A model generated the notes under the pieces. It did no database searches and had not been told where the DNA came from. It saw only the letters and a list, made by a program, of their open reading frames with translations. This document shows positions 15,344 to 25,156 of a DNA stretch of 64,000 nt, in pieces. The stretch comes from an uncultured virus (IMG/VR IMGVR_UViG_3300005611_000005) (Duplodnaviria > Heunggongvirae > Uroviricota > Caudoviricetes): the IMG/VR virus record IMGVR_UViG_3300005611_000005, one strand, 5' to 3'. Within the stretch, counting starts at the first letter, position 1; each line of letters opens with the position of its first letter. The translations under genes and the position numbers were made by a program.

Positions 15344-15808
15344 ATGTTACCATCTAAACGTTTACTTAACCATCGTGATGAATTTGTTTCGTCATTTGAC
15401 CGGCTTTTTGATTCAATTATCAAAAGCAATTACCCTGATTTCCAAAGATCATTCGGGTTTGATTTTTTCGAAAAATCTAGTTATCCAAAAATGAATGTAG
15501 CAGTTAAACCTGAAGGGGTTGATATTACTGCAGAAATTCCTGGATTGAACAAAGAAGATGTAAAAATCAAATTTGCTGAAGACGTTCTTACTATTTCAGG
15601 TGATAAGAAATCAGAAGCTGAAGATTCTTCTGTAGTATATGTAATTCGAGAACTTAAACGATCTTCATTTTCTCGTAGCTTGAAATTTCATCAGCCTGTA
15701 CAGTCTGACAATATTAAAGCTTCGTTTAATGATGGCGTTTTAAAAATTTTCGCACCATGGGTTAAACCATCGGAAGCGCAAAGCGAAATTGAAGTTACTA
15801 TCGAATAA
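15344..15808 (+). CDS. Small heat-shock protein (Hsp20/alpha-crystallin)
   Basis: YPKMNV, AEIPGLNKEDV, LTISG, SFSRS, ASFNDGVLKI. Confidence 0.93.
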   Translation: MLPSKRLLNHRDEFVSSFDRLFDSIIKSNYPDFQRSFGFDFFEKSSYPKMNVAVKPEGVDITAEIPGLNKEDVKIKFAEDVLTISGDKKSEAEDSSVVYVIRELKRSSFSRSLKFHQPVQSDNIKASFNDGVLKIFAPWVKPSEAQSEIEVTIE

Positions 15809-15811
15809 TGA

Positions 15812-15833
15812 AAGGGGCTACGGCCCCTTTTTT
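15812..15833 (+). terminator. Intrinsic terminator
   Basis: AAGGGGC-TACG-GCCCCTT-TTTT. Confidence 0.85.
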
Positions 15834-15844
15834 AAATACAAGTT

Positions 15845-16036
15845 ATGATTTCAAAATCTAGAAAGTTTATTCATTTTTCAGACGGAGTATATGAAGTTCG
15901 TTATGTATTTTCTGAACTGTCTATACATTCAATATCTGAATTACAATTTTTTCTAGGCTGTGATATTGCATTACGAAAAGAAGGTAAAGTATACTTTTGT
16001 GAAAAAGTGCAAGAAGCAGAAATTGTTGAAGATTGA
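15845..16036 (+). CDS. Small hypothetical protein
   Basis: 63-aa ORF. Confidence 0.55.
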   Translation: MISKSRKFIHFSDGVYEVRYVFSELSIHSISELQFFLGCDIALRKEGKVYFCEKVQEAEIVED

Positions 16037-16069
16037 TTTGGTACTTTGATATGTTCTTCTTATATTTAT
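16037..16069 (+). promoter_or_regulatory. Promoter matching both TTTG-N20-TATATTTA and ATATTTAT
   Basis: TTTG 16037-16040, TATATTTA 16061-16068. Confidence 0.6.
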
Positions 16070-16085
16070 GAACAATAATTAAATT

Positions 16086-17036
16086 ATGTACAATCATTTA
16101 GGTTACGCTTGTATAAACATGACGCTTGGTAAGAAGCATATTCTGACCGGCCGGGCAATGCGCAAAGCAACGTTAGAGGCTAAAGGACTATCCTTCGCTT
16201 CGAGCCTTGCTTTGCAAAATGCTCGCGACTTGTTAACCATACTAAAATGGAATTTAGAACATGATATATACTTTTTTCGCTTAGGTAGCGACTTGTTCCC
16301 ATGGGGTAACAAAGTTGATGTATATCAGTTTCCAGATATTGAAGAAATTAAATCGGTCTTGTTAGAGGCAGGTAATTTCGCTACTAAACATAATATGCGT
16401 ATTACTACTCATCCTGGACCTTTCAATTTACTCGCTTCTCCAAAAGAAGATGTAGTACAAAATACTATTCGAGATTTAGAAATGCATGCACTGGTATTTG
16501 ATTTTATGGGGCTGTCTCGAACTCCATATAACAAAATCAATATACATGTCGGTGCTACATACGGCGATAAAGAAACTGCAGCTGCTACATGGTGTAAAAA
16601 CTTTCTCAGGCTATCGGAGGGTGTTCGTTCCCGTTTAACTGTTGAAAATGACGATAAAGCAAACATGTATTCAGTTTTAGATTTATATTATCTAATTCAT
16701 TCCAAAGTAGGCGTGCCTATAGTATTTGATTTTCATCATCATACTTTTTGCACTGGCGACTTATCCGCACGTGATGCATTGGAATTAGCAGTATCAACTT
16801 GGCCTAAAGGCATACGTCCTGCAACGCATTATTCAGAGTCAAAAGCATTACATGAGTCAAATGACAAGCTTAATCCTAGAGCGCATTCTGATTACATCAC
16901 TGGTGTTATTGATACTTTCGAATTCGACGTTGACGTTATGATCGAGGCTAAGGCTAAAGAGTTGGCTTTATTGCAATATCGATCCGCTCAAGAAAAATTT
17001 TCGAAAAATCCAGCGGTTTTGTGTGAACAGCGATAA
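16086..17036 (+). CDS. uvsE: UV-damage endonuclease
   Basis: LGYACIN, FFRLGSDLFP, RITTHPG, INIHVG, LTVENDD, FDFHHH, HYSES, AHSD, MIEAKAKE. Confidence 0.95.
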   Translation: MYNHLGYACINMTLGKKHILTGRAMRKATLEAKGLSFASSLALQNARDLLTILKWNLEHDIYFFRLGSDLFPWGNKVDVYQFPDIEEIKSVLLEAGNFATKHNMRITTHPGPFNLLASPKEDVVQNTIRDLEMHALVFDFMGLSRTPYNKINIHVGATYGDKETAAATWCKNFLRLSEGVRSRLTVENDDKANMYSVLDLYYLIHSKVGVPIVFDFHHHTFCTGDLSARDALELAVSTWPKGIRPATHYSESKALHESNDKLNPRAHSDYITGVIDTFEFDVDVMIEAKAKELALLQYRSAQEKFSKNPAVLCEQR

Positions 17037-17137
17037 TTATTAATTTTTTATAATTATTATTATAATATTAATATATTATTTATTATTATATTATTTATTA
17101 TTATATTATTTATTTAAAATTTAAAATTTAAATTTAT
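17033..17137. repeat. 105-nt pure A/T tract with about 3 tandem TATATTATTTATTAT units (17072-17114)
   Basis: No G or C between 17033 and 17137. Confidence 0.85.
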
Positions 17138-17315
17138 GCGTTATAAACAACATACATTAACAAAATTAGATGCTCAAGTTACTAAACTTCGTACTATTCA
17201 ACGGGCATTATCTAACAGTGATATTACCGCTGCTGCTGTAATAGAGCGTCTTGAAATCGTTTGTAAAGAGTTAGAATTAATATCTGAAAGATTAAATTTA
17301 GAGCCGAATGAATAA
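17136..17315 (+). CDS. 59-aa hypothetical protein absent from the ORF track
   Basis: MRYKQHTLTKLDAQ...ERLNLEPNE*; stop overlaps the next start at 17308. Confidence 0.65.
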   Translation: MRYKQHTLTKLDAQVTKLRTIQRALSNSDITAAAVIERLEIVCKELELISERLNLEPNE

Positions 17316-18354
17316 ATTCGCACTGAAAATTTTAATTGCTTTATTGGCATTATCATTAGCCGGTTGTGCGGCGTATTTTTCGGTAATTGGTCTTGCAAAA
17401 TTATTTGCTGGCGCTGGCGTCGCTGTTGTTATTATGGCCGGCGTGTTAGAAGCTTCAAAATTAATTATAGCTTCGTTTCTACATAATCAATGGAATGAAA
17501 TTAACGGCTGGTTGCGAAGCTATTTGGTAATTGCTATAGTAATTATTGCTAGCATAACTTCAATTGGTATATATGGATATTTATCTGGAGCGTATCAAGC
17601 AACGAAATCGAAATACGATTTATCATTAACTGTTACAGACAGTTTAGAAACGCAAAAATCATATTATCAATCTTCAGCTACATTTTATCAAAATCAATTA
17701 AATTCAAAAAATTCGCAACTGACTTCATTAATTGAAATTCGTTCTCAACAAGATGCTCGCGCGACGCAATTGGTTAATCAGGAACGATCGTCATATAGCG
17801 CAGATCGATCTGCTAGAGAAACAAATAAATCAATTGAATCAATTACTTCAGAAATAGCTGTATTAAATGATAAAGTTATAGCTTATTCCGACTCTGCTTC
17901 TAAAATGCAAGTGGCTATTACAAAAGTACAATTAGAATCGGATATATCTTCTGAATTAGGTTCTTTATCATACGTTTCGAAAATTTTAAACGTTTCAATG
18001 GATTATGTCGTTAACATACTAATAATATTGTTCATGATTGTATTCGATCCTTTAGCAATTAGTATGGTGCTTGCATTTAATTCCTTATCAGATAATAAAT
18101 TGAATGAAGTTATTGAAAAAACCGAAGAGTCCGATTTACCTGATAATACCATTGTGCAACCTTCAGAAACCGACCTAGAACCTTCGGAACAAGATACGAA
18201 TATAACAGAAGTAATTGAATCGCAACAAGATGAAATACGTGAATCTGATGAAGAAAAAAGTCGCAGACTTAAAGAAGAAGCTCGTTTGAAACGTATTAAT
18301 GAAAAACGTAAGCGTATACAAAATAATGCCGGCGGCGCTGTAAAAATTTACTAA
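17308..18354 (+). CDS. Multi-pass membrane protein with a long coiled coil
   Basis: Three N-terminal TM helices, coiled coil, TM segment with IVFDPLAI. Confidence 0.8.
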   Translation: MNKFALKILIALLALSLAGCAAYFSVIGLAKLFAGAGVAVVIMAGVLEASKLIIASFLHNQWNEINGWLRSYLVIAIVIIASITSIGIYGYLSGAYQATKSKYDLSLTVTDSLETQKSYYQSSATFYQNQLNSKNSQLTSLIEIRSQQDARATQLVNQERSSYSADRSARETNKSIESITSEIAVLNDKVIAYSDSASKMQVAITKVQLESDISSELGSLSYVSKILNVSMDYVVNILIILFMIVFDPLAISMVLAFNSLSDNKLNEVIEKTEESDLPDNTIVQPSETDLEPSEQDTNITEVIESQQDEIRESDEEKSRRLKEEARLKRINEKRKRIQNNAGGAVKIY

Positions 18355-18367
18355 TAAACAATAAGTT

Positions 18368-18919
18368 ATGAAACAAACAAAACTTCGTACGAAAAGAGTA
18401 CCGAAGGCAGAAAGAAAATCTGCTTTTGCTACAAGAAAAGACGAATTAGGACAAATTTATATGATTTGTCAAAATTCCGTACCTAATGGAAAATATTGGC
18501 ACGGGTCTGAATGTTTTCGATTTACTAAAGTCGGTGACGAAGCCGCTTCTGTATTATGTTGGTATTGTACAGAACGAATGACTGAGCCACCAGTAATACA
18601 GCGAGTAAAAGTTGATTCAGGCATGCCTCGAGGCTGGAAATTGAAATCTGTATTTGTACATACTGATGGGACAGTCTATCATAAAGGTGTTGAGCAGCCT
18701 GAATTAAAAGGAACTTTACCGGCTACGAAAATTGATAATACGCCTTCGAAAAAGAAAGTAAAATTAACAAGGCGACAGAAACAGGAACGAGCGCATACTT
18801 TAGGCGATGAAATTGCTACATTAAAAGCTCAGTTGTTTAGAGAAACGAGAAAAACGAAAAAAGCTGTATTAATGAAGGAGATTTCTAAATTGAATCGCGA
18901 GCTGAAAAAAGTTTTGTAA
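18368..18919 (+). CDS. Basic hypothetical protein with possible Zn-binding cysteines
   Basis: C...C...CWYC, PRGW, FVHTDGTVYHKG. Confidence 0.7.
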   Translation: MKQTKLRTKRVPKAERKSAFATRKDELGQIYMICQNSVPNGKYWHGSECFRFTKVGDEAASVLCWYCTERMTEPPVIQRVKVDSGMPRGWKLKSVFVHTDGTVYHKGVEQPELKGTLPATKIDNTPSKKKVKLTRRQKQERAHTLGDEIATLKAQLFRETRKTKKAVLMKEISKLNRELKKVL

Positions 18920-18960
18920 TTTGAAATAATTTTCATATATTACAGTATAAATTTAACTAT

Positions 18961-19587
18961 ATGAGTAAGAAACATACAATTAATTCGTTATATGATGACG
19001 ATCCGAAAACGAAAAAATATATCAAGCCAGAAGAAGATTCTGATTTAGAATTGTATCGCGAAATTGAATTTGGATTTAGTGTCGACGATTCGTTAATTTA
19101 CTTTCATGGAGATGTAATGTTAGGTAATTTATTTGACATAGTTTCAAAATGTCGAGTGATATTACAAAATCGAGAAGAAAATGATACGTCTCCAATTACT
19201 ATTTTAATTAACTCTAACGGAGGTGATGTATACGAAGCGTTAGGTATTATTGATTACATTCAAACTTTATCTGTACCTGTCAATGTTATTGCAAGAGGCC
19301 GTGCAATGTCAGCAGCAGCATTAATTTTATGTTGCGCAACTGGAATTCGAGCAGCTTCGAAAAATACCACTATTATGGTGCATGAAGCGTCTGCAGAAAT
19401 TTTTGGTAAATCAGGAGATATCAAAGCAAATGCTGATCATATTGATATTTTAGAAGAAGAATTTTACAAACTTCTAGCTTCAAAATCAAAACATGACGAA
19501 GAATTTTGGAGAAAAGCTTGCAGAAAAGATTTTTATATGACAGCTGAAAAAGCATTAGAATTAGGATTAATCGATAAAATAATTTAA
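18961..19587 (+). CDS. clpP: ClpP-like serine protease
   Basis: INSNGGDV, AMSAA (Ser), MVHE (His), DFYMTAEKALELGLIDKI. Confidence 0.9.
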   Translation: MSKKHTINSLYDDDPKTKKYIKPEEDSDLELYREIEFGFSVDDSLIYFHGDVMLGNLFDIVSKCRVILQNREENDTSPITILINSNGGDVYEALGIIDYIQTLSVPVNVIARGRAMSAAALILCCATGIRAASKNTTIMVHEASAEIFGKSGDIKANADHIDILEEEFYKLLASKSKHDEEFWRKACRKDFYMTAEKALELGLIDKII

Positions 19588-19589
19588 TT

Positions 19590-20339
19590 ATGAACAATAT
19601 GACAGAAAGAGAATTAGACCAACAATGGTCATTATTAATGGAAACCATTGACTTGTATGTTACAGGTGACCGAAAAGACAAACTAATTAGTTTATACGAA
19701 TCGTTAGCAGATCGAATTTGCACAGCACCTGCGTCATCGCATAGCACTCGTCACAATTGCTTTCCAGGTGGATATTTAGATCATGTTAATCGAGTAGTTC
19801 GAACTGCAATTAAATTGTATCACGTTTGGCAGGATGAAGGAGCTGATGTAACAAAATATACTTTAGAAGAAGTAGTATTTTCAGCACTAAATCATGATTT
19901 AGGTAAAGTTGGTTCAAAAGAAGAAGAATATTACATTCCAAACGATTCTGATTGGCACGTTAAGCGCGGACAAATTTATAAAATCAATCCGAATTTACAA
20001 TATATGAAAGTGCCAGATCGAAGTATATTTTTACTACAGCAACATGGCGTTTCATTTTCTGAAAATGAATATTTAGCAATTAAATTGCATGATGGATTGT
20101 ATGCTAAAGGAAATGAATCGTATTTAATGGCCGGTCTACCTGAATTTTCATTGAAAACGGATTTGCCGATATTAATTCATCATGCAGATCATTTAGCTAC
20201 GTTAATTGAATCTGCGCAACATACCAAGTCAGATTTTATTGTAGCTAAACCGGCAATGAAAACAAAAATGACAAACGTTAACAATCCTAAAGTTGACGAC
20301 TCTCTTAAAAATGCATTATCTAATATATTCGGAGAATGA
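19590..20339 (+). CDS. HD-domain phosphohydrolase
   Basis: APAS...HN..PGGYLDH, LNHDLGK, LHDG, HHAD. Confidence 0.88.
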   Translation: MNNMTERELDQQWSLLMETIDLYVTGDRKDKLISLYESLADRICTAPASSHSTRHNCFPGGYLDHVNRVVRTAIKLYHVWQDEGADVTKYTLEEVVFSALNHDLGKVGSKEEEYYIPNDSDWHVKRGQIYKINPNLQYMKVPDRSIFLLQQHGVSFSENEYLAIKLHDGLYAKGNESYLMAGLPEFSLKTDLPILIHHADHLATLIESAQHTKSDFIVAKPAMKTKMTNVNNPKVDDSLKNALSNIFGE

Positions 20340-20647
20340 TGATTACATTAATATTGTTATTTATTAGTTCAGTCGCTGCAGTTTTTTTATTATTTAGAAG
20401 TTTGTTGCTAATTAAAGAAGTCGAGCGTTTAGAAGAAGAAGTACAATACTTTGAAGAAAGTATATATGTATTCAAAGATAGATTAATGCAAGCTCAAATA
20501 CGAATGAAAGAAATTGACATTCGCGGAGCTTTTGAGTCTGATGACGAAGTTGGATATACATTTAAAGAGTTACAGGAAATTGTCGATGACACAAATAAAT
20601 TTATAGCGCAATTATATGAACGAGACGATAGAAACACCGAAGCGTAA
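20336..20647 (+). CDS. TM-anchored hypothetical protein
   Basis: N-terminal TM helix, GAFESDDEVG motif. Confidence 0.7.
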   Translation: MMITLILLFISSVAAVFLLFRSLLLIKEVERLEEEVQYFEESIYVFKDRLMQAQIRMKEIDIRGAFESDDEVGYTFKELQEIVDDTNKFIAQLYERDDRNTEA

Positions 20648-21362
20648 AAAATCTAAGAATTATTTTACAAAAGAAACTGAAGATGCAATATTGTTGTTTA
20701 ATCAATTAGAAGATGTATCTGAGCGAAACAAATTGTATGATGAAAAAATATGCTATGCGTTTGAAAAGCTAGCTGAAAATATAATTCATACTTTTAAGTT
20801 TTATTATTTTGATATACCATATGAAGATGTTAAACATGAAGTCGTTGCATTTTTAAATGAAAAGATTCATAAATATACAGATCCTAGCAAAGGTAAAGCA
20901 TTTTCATATTTTTCAATAGTAGCTAAGAATTATTTAATTAATCATAATAATACTAACTACGATACACAAAAAAATACAGAAGCGGCTGAATTAATTGATG
21001 AATCGCGAAATGTTATTAATGAAGTAGCTCGTTACGAAGACGTTGAAGAAAAAAGTGAATTCATGGATTTATTTGTTAAATACATGGATAAAAATTTACC
21101 TTTATTTTTCAAAAAACAAACCGATTTAGCAATTGCTGATTCGCTTATTGAATTGTTTCGCACTAGAAAAAATATCGAAAATTTCAATAAAAAAGCTTTG
21201 TATATTTTAATTCGAGAGCGAACCGGAGTTAAGACTCAATACATAACCCGAGTTGTACAAATCATGAAAGAGTTATATACAGAAGCGTATATTCGATATC
21301 GTGATAAAGGCGTTGTTCATATAGATTTAACAAAGTATAAAAAATCTGAATTCCTTGAGTAA
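20616..21362 (+). CDS. Phage sigma-like factor (T4 gp55-like, putative late sigma)
   Basis: KNYFT, region-2-like KAFSYFSIVAKNY, C-terminal helical IRERTG..TQYITRVV; precedes the structural module. Confidence 0.65.
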   Translation: MNETIETPKRKKSKNYFTKETEDAILLFNQLEDVSERNKLYDEKICYAFEKLAENIIHTFKFYYFDIPYEDVKHEVVAFLNEKIHKYTDPSKGKAFSYFSIVAKNYLINHNNTNYDTQKNTEAAELIDESRNVINEVARYEDVEEKSEFMDLFVKYMDKNLPLFFKKQTDLAIADSLIELFRTRKNIENFNKKALYILIRERTGVKTQYITRVVQIMKELYTEAYIRYRDKGVVHIDLTKYKKSEFLE

Positions 21363-21366
21363 ATAC

Positions 21367-21374
21367 ATATTTAT
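21367..21374 (+). promoter_or_regulatory. Putative late promoter ATATTTAT (representative of about 20 copies)
   Basis: Recurs shortly upstream of structural gene starts; positions listed in findings. Confidence 0.7.
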
Positions 21375-21388
21375 TTATAAAAGGATTT

Positions 21389-21826
21389 ATGGCAAACTTT
21401 GAAATTGAAATTTTTAAGGGTAAAAGTTTTTCAGGCTTAATGAAAGACATTTACTCTAATAGCTCGAAAAAAGATCGACAAATAAATTTACTAATTGCTG
21501 AATTAAAACCTTTAATTAAAAATGTAGGCGATGCTACAATCATCGTACCGTTAATTAAAGAATATTTAGAAGTTAGTGTGAAAAATGATGAACATTTAGT
21601 GAAACTAGCTGCTGTCGTTCAGCGGTTAGTTTCAACACAATCTAGAGTTCAAGCAGATACTGGTGCAGATTGGATATTATCTGAAGAAGAAAAGAAACAG
21701 CTTTTGGCAGAATTAGATGAATTAGATGAGTCAGAAAAAACTATTAATCAGAAAGTTGCTGATTTAACTTCTAAACAAGATTCAATTGAATCTGAAATTA
21801 ATGATATTCAAGACGGTTTAGTATAA
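21389..21826 (+). CDS. Hypothetical helical protein
   Basis: 145 aa, VKNDEHLVKLA motif. Confidence 0.7.
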   Translation: MANFEIEIFKGKSFSGLMKDIYSNSSKKDRQINLLIAELKPLIKNVGDATIIVPLIKEYLEVSVKNDEHLVKLAAVVQRLVSTQSRVQADTGADWILSEEEKKQLLAELDELDESEKTINQKVADLTSKQDSIESEINDIQDGLV

Positions 21827-23214
21827 TGTCACTTAATACTTTTAGAATATTAAATTCGGATTATGAATTAGCTTACGGGTCTGTTCTAAACGTTCTTTAT
21901 ACAGATGAAAATTCTGCTGTTCCATATGGAATACAAGTAATGTTATTAGGTGACTTTACTAAAAAAGCTTTTCAAGATGAAACAGATCCTGAAATTGTAA
22001 CGGCTATTCCGTTAAGTTTATTTGCTACTAGAATACCTATAAAAAATGAAGTAGTATTATTAATTAAATCAGTGGCAAAATCATCTACTGGGCTAAATGT
22101 TCTATATCAAACGTATTACATTGATATAGTAAGTTTACAGTCAAATGTACATCATAATACTTTACCATTGACAGGAGTTAATGAAAATGCTGATTCAGAA
22201 ACAGATGGAAATTCTGAAGATTATGAATCAGCTGAAAATGGACAAACGACTCAAGAAACAGAAACGAATGACGAAAATACAGTTGATGAAGATTTTCAAT
22301 TAACTGAAAATGTAAAGCTATTACAGCCTTATGTAGGAGATACAATTTATCAAGGAAGATTCGGTCAATCAATTCGATTTAGCTCGACACAAAAAAATAA
22401 TGATTTATTTACTAAAGCTCCGAATTGGTCTGAAGGAACTGGGCCAATAACAATTATACGAAATTCTAAACAAGTTACAGATACTGGTAAGGTTAATGAT
22501 TTTGTAACTGAAGATTTAATAAATGATGACAGCGTAATTGTATTATCTAGTGATCAAAAACTAGCTTTTGAAGAAGCTTCCAAAGTTTCGACTTCTTTAG
22601 ATTCCAAAGGTATAACAGGTTGGAGAGATTCTGCTTTTGGAGAATCGTCACAGATACTTCTATCTTCTAGAAGATTAATATTCAATAGCTCTCAAAATGA
22701 AATTATAGCATTTGCTAAATCTGGTATAGCTCTTTCTACAGAAACTTCAATAACTATCGACGCGCAAGACGATATATCACTTAATGCTAATCGAGTTGAA
22801 ATTGGCACAGATGCAGATGAGCAAATGTTACTAGGTAATGCATTTCAGTCATGGATGGAGCAGTTTATTGATGCGTTAAGTTTATTAACAGTTATAACGC
22901 CCACCGGCCCTGCAAGTCCATTAACTTCAACACCGCAATGGACTCAAATAGAAACGTTGAAATCGCAATTGCCTGATTTATTAAGTGAAATAGGATATAT
23001 CAGCAAAACTACTTCAATTACGACTTCAGATTCACTGCAGGCCGTTTCAGACCCGCCACCTAGACAAACTGTTGCGGAACGTACTCAACCGAATGAAGAA
23101 CAAGTTCAGCAGCTAGAATCTGAACCAACACCAGTCGACCCTCAAATACAAGCGCTATTAGATTTAGAAATAGCTCGATTTAAATATCCTGGAGAACCTG
23201 ATAATATAAGTTAA
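21826..23214 (+). CDS. Putative baseplate spike/hub protein (gp5/gpV-like)
   Basis: N-terminal OB-like region (IPIKNEVV), GDTIYQGRFGQSIRF, beta-repeat region, TPTGPASP. Confidence 0.6.
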   Translation: MSLNTFRILNSDYELAYGSVLNVLYTDENSAVPYGIQVMLLGDFTKKAFQDETDPEIVTAIPLSLFATRIPIKNEVVLLIKSVAKSSTGLNVLYQTYYIDIVSLQSNVHHNTLPLTGVNENADSETDGNSEDYESAENGQTTQETETNDENTVDEDFQLTENVKLLQPYVGDTIYQGRFGQSIRFSSTQKNNDLFTKAPNWSEGTGPITIIRNSKQVTDTGKVNDFVTEDLINDDSVIVLSSDQKLAFEEASKVSTSLDSKGITGWRDSAFGESSQILLSSRRLIFNSSQNEIIAFAKSGIALSTETSITIDAQDDISLNANRVEIGTDADEQMLLGNAFQSWMEQFIDALSLLTVITPTGPASPLTSTPQWTQIETLKSQLPDLLSEIGYISKTTSITTSDSLQAVSDPPPRQTVAERTQPNEEQVQQLESEPTPVDPQIQALLDLEIARFKYPGEPDNIS

Positions 23215-23215
23215 T

Positions 23216-24079
23216 ATGGGAAATGGAAATGGAAACATTGAAGAAGTTCAATTTGAAGAATTGACTGATGATTATATAAGTCGAGCTGCGACTGAATTTA
23301 ATACTTTTGTAGCCCCGGTAGCAACTGAGGTAGTAGCTCTGCCAGTGCCTGTCGACGCTCCAGCAACAATTGGTACCTTAGTTAACCCACGTGGATGGGA
23401 TCAATCGACATCATATGATTATAAACAAATCAAGTCACAAATTGATAATGCGGGCCAAGCAATTGCTAAACGATGTTTACAAGATATTCCAACAGCTAAT
23501 GGCGGAACCATGACGGGTGCAGCAATAACTGAATCTACGACAGTTAATGATACACCTGGGACTGGAGCGAATGATAAAAGAATAACAGAATTTCAAACGT
23601 CTGCGACTAATATTTGGCTCGAGTCTACCTTACAACCTCCGTTCGCATGGTGCGCTTCTGCAGTATCATGGTGGTGGGGCTTTGGATTTCAAGACGCTGG
23701 ATTTGACGCTGGTAAGATCAAAACATTCCTTCCTGGTACAGGTCCTACATGTAATTCTAACGTTTCATCTGCAGGCAATCCATACGTGCCTAGATGGGAA
23801 TATTGGGCTAAAGAAACTCGTCGATTTACTCGATTACCAGGTGTTGGATATGCATGTTTATATTCAAATAGTGGAGTTCCATACGCAACTCATATAGGCG
23901 TTGTAGTATCTGTCGAACGAGGTCTAGTATATACTGTAGTATGCGGTAATGACAGTACTCGAATGGACGGCGCTCCTGGAGGGGACGGAGTGCGACTACG
24001 AAAACATAATGGCATTTCCGGAACTGTTGGATTCATCGCCCCCATACCGTTTACTTGGAACGGAACTGCTTTTAGTTAA
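23216..24079 (+). CDS. CHAP-like peptidoglycan peptidase, probably tail-associated
   Basis: AWCASAVSW (Cys), THIGVV (His), VCGN. Confidence 0.7.
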   Translation: MGNGNGNIEEVQFEELTDDYISRAATEFNTFVAPVATEVVALPVPVDAPATIGTLVNPRGWDQSTSYDYKQIKSQIDNAGQAIAKRCLQDIPTANGGTMTGAAITESTTVNDTPGTGANDKRITEFQTSATNIWLESTLQPPFAWCASAVSWWWGFGFQDAGFDAGKIKTFLPGTGPTCNSNVSSAGNPYVPRWEYWAKETRRFTRLPGVGYACLYSNSGVPYATHIGVVVSVERGLVYTVVCGNDSTRMDGAPGGDGVRLRKHNGISGTVGFIAPIPFTWNGTAFS

Positions 24080-24123
24080 TATTTTAATAAAATTACATCT
24101 TTGATAATTATTATAAAGTAAAA

Positions 24124-24549
24124 ATGAAAACTAAAGAATTCGTTCAAACGTTACGAAAAATTATTCAAGAAGAAGTTCGTTCAGCTGTACGAACCGAGTT
24201 TAAAAGATATGAGTCAGTACTTACAGAATCGAAAAATGTAAATCGATCGTATCAGGAAGAATTCAAGCCAATTTCACGTAAAAAATCTGAACCTCAACAA
24301 TTTACTAAAAATTCCATGTTAAATGAAATTTTAAATGAAACTGCAGGCTTTAGTAATAATCAAGGTGAATTTGACGAATGGCCGACAATGAACATGAATT
24401 CATTAATGAGTTCTAGAGTTCAACATGCCCCAATTGTAGATATTGATGGACGTCCTGCTACTAACATTCCTGAAGAGTTAGTTACGAACTTAACGAAAGA
24501 TTATTCAGCTTTGATGAAAGCAATTGATAAAAAGAAAGGAGTTAATTAA
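24124..24549 (+). CDS. Hypothetical virion-module protein with LRKIIQEEV leader
   Basis: LNEILNET, TKDYSALMKAI motifs. Confidence 0.65.
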   Translation: MKTKEFVQTLRKIIQEEVRSAVRTEFKRYESVLTESKNVNRSYQEEFKPISRKKSEPQQFTKNSMLNEILNETAGFSNNQGEFDEWPTMNMNSLMSSRVQHAPIVDIDGRPATNIPEELVTNLTKDYSALMKAIDKKKGVN

Positions 24550-25142
24550 TGGCAAGACCAATACAAAATCCTAATACGAATGTAGAATATACGCCCGGCG
24601 GACCAACGGCTGGAACGGCTGCTAATGGTATATTTGACGGATTTAATCCTACAGTAGTAGTTCCAGGAGAGCCAATTGATCCAATTGACGTTTCGCAGCA
24701 AGATAAAGTAGAAGTTGGTATTGGGGTGTCGATTCCATTTACTAACACTGACGGGGGCTTATTTCCAATTACATTTACGACTAGAGATCAAGCAATATCA
24801 AATCTTAAAAATTTACTTTTAACGAGAAAAGGAGAGCGATTATTTTTACCGACATTTGGAACGAATATACAAGATGTATTATTTGAACCAAATTTCGATA
24901 CATTAAAAGAAATACTAATATTTGAAATTGAATCTGCTGTAGAATTTTGGTTATCATACATTACTATACAATCTATAGATGTAGAAACTATAGTAGCAGT
25001 AGGAGCTTCGAAAGAAGAAAATGGTATACGTATTACAATGCTTATTGATGTTGTAACGCCTGGATCGAATGTTCCTATAACGATAATAGTTACGCCTTCA
25101 GTAATTGACGTTACAGAAACTAATGTCATTGGGACTAATTAA
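24549..25142 (+). CDS. Baseplate wedge protein, gp25/GPW family
   Basis: NLKNLLLTRKGERLFLPTFGT...LFEP. Confidence 0.9.
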   Translation: MARPIQNPNTNVEYTPGGPTAGTAANGIFDGFNPTVVVPGEPIDPIDVSQQDKVEVGIGVSIPFTNTDGGLFPITFTTRDQAISNLKNLLLTRKGERLFLPTFGTNIQDVLFEPNFDTLKEILIFEIESAVEFWLSYITIQSIDVETIVAVGASKEENGIRITMLIDVVTPGSNVPITIIVTPSVIDVTETNVIGTN

Positions 25143-25156
25143 ATTATAATATTACT

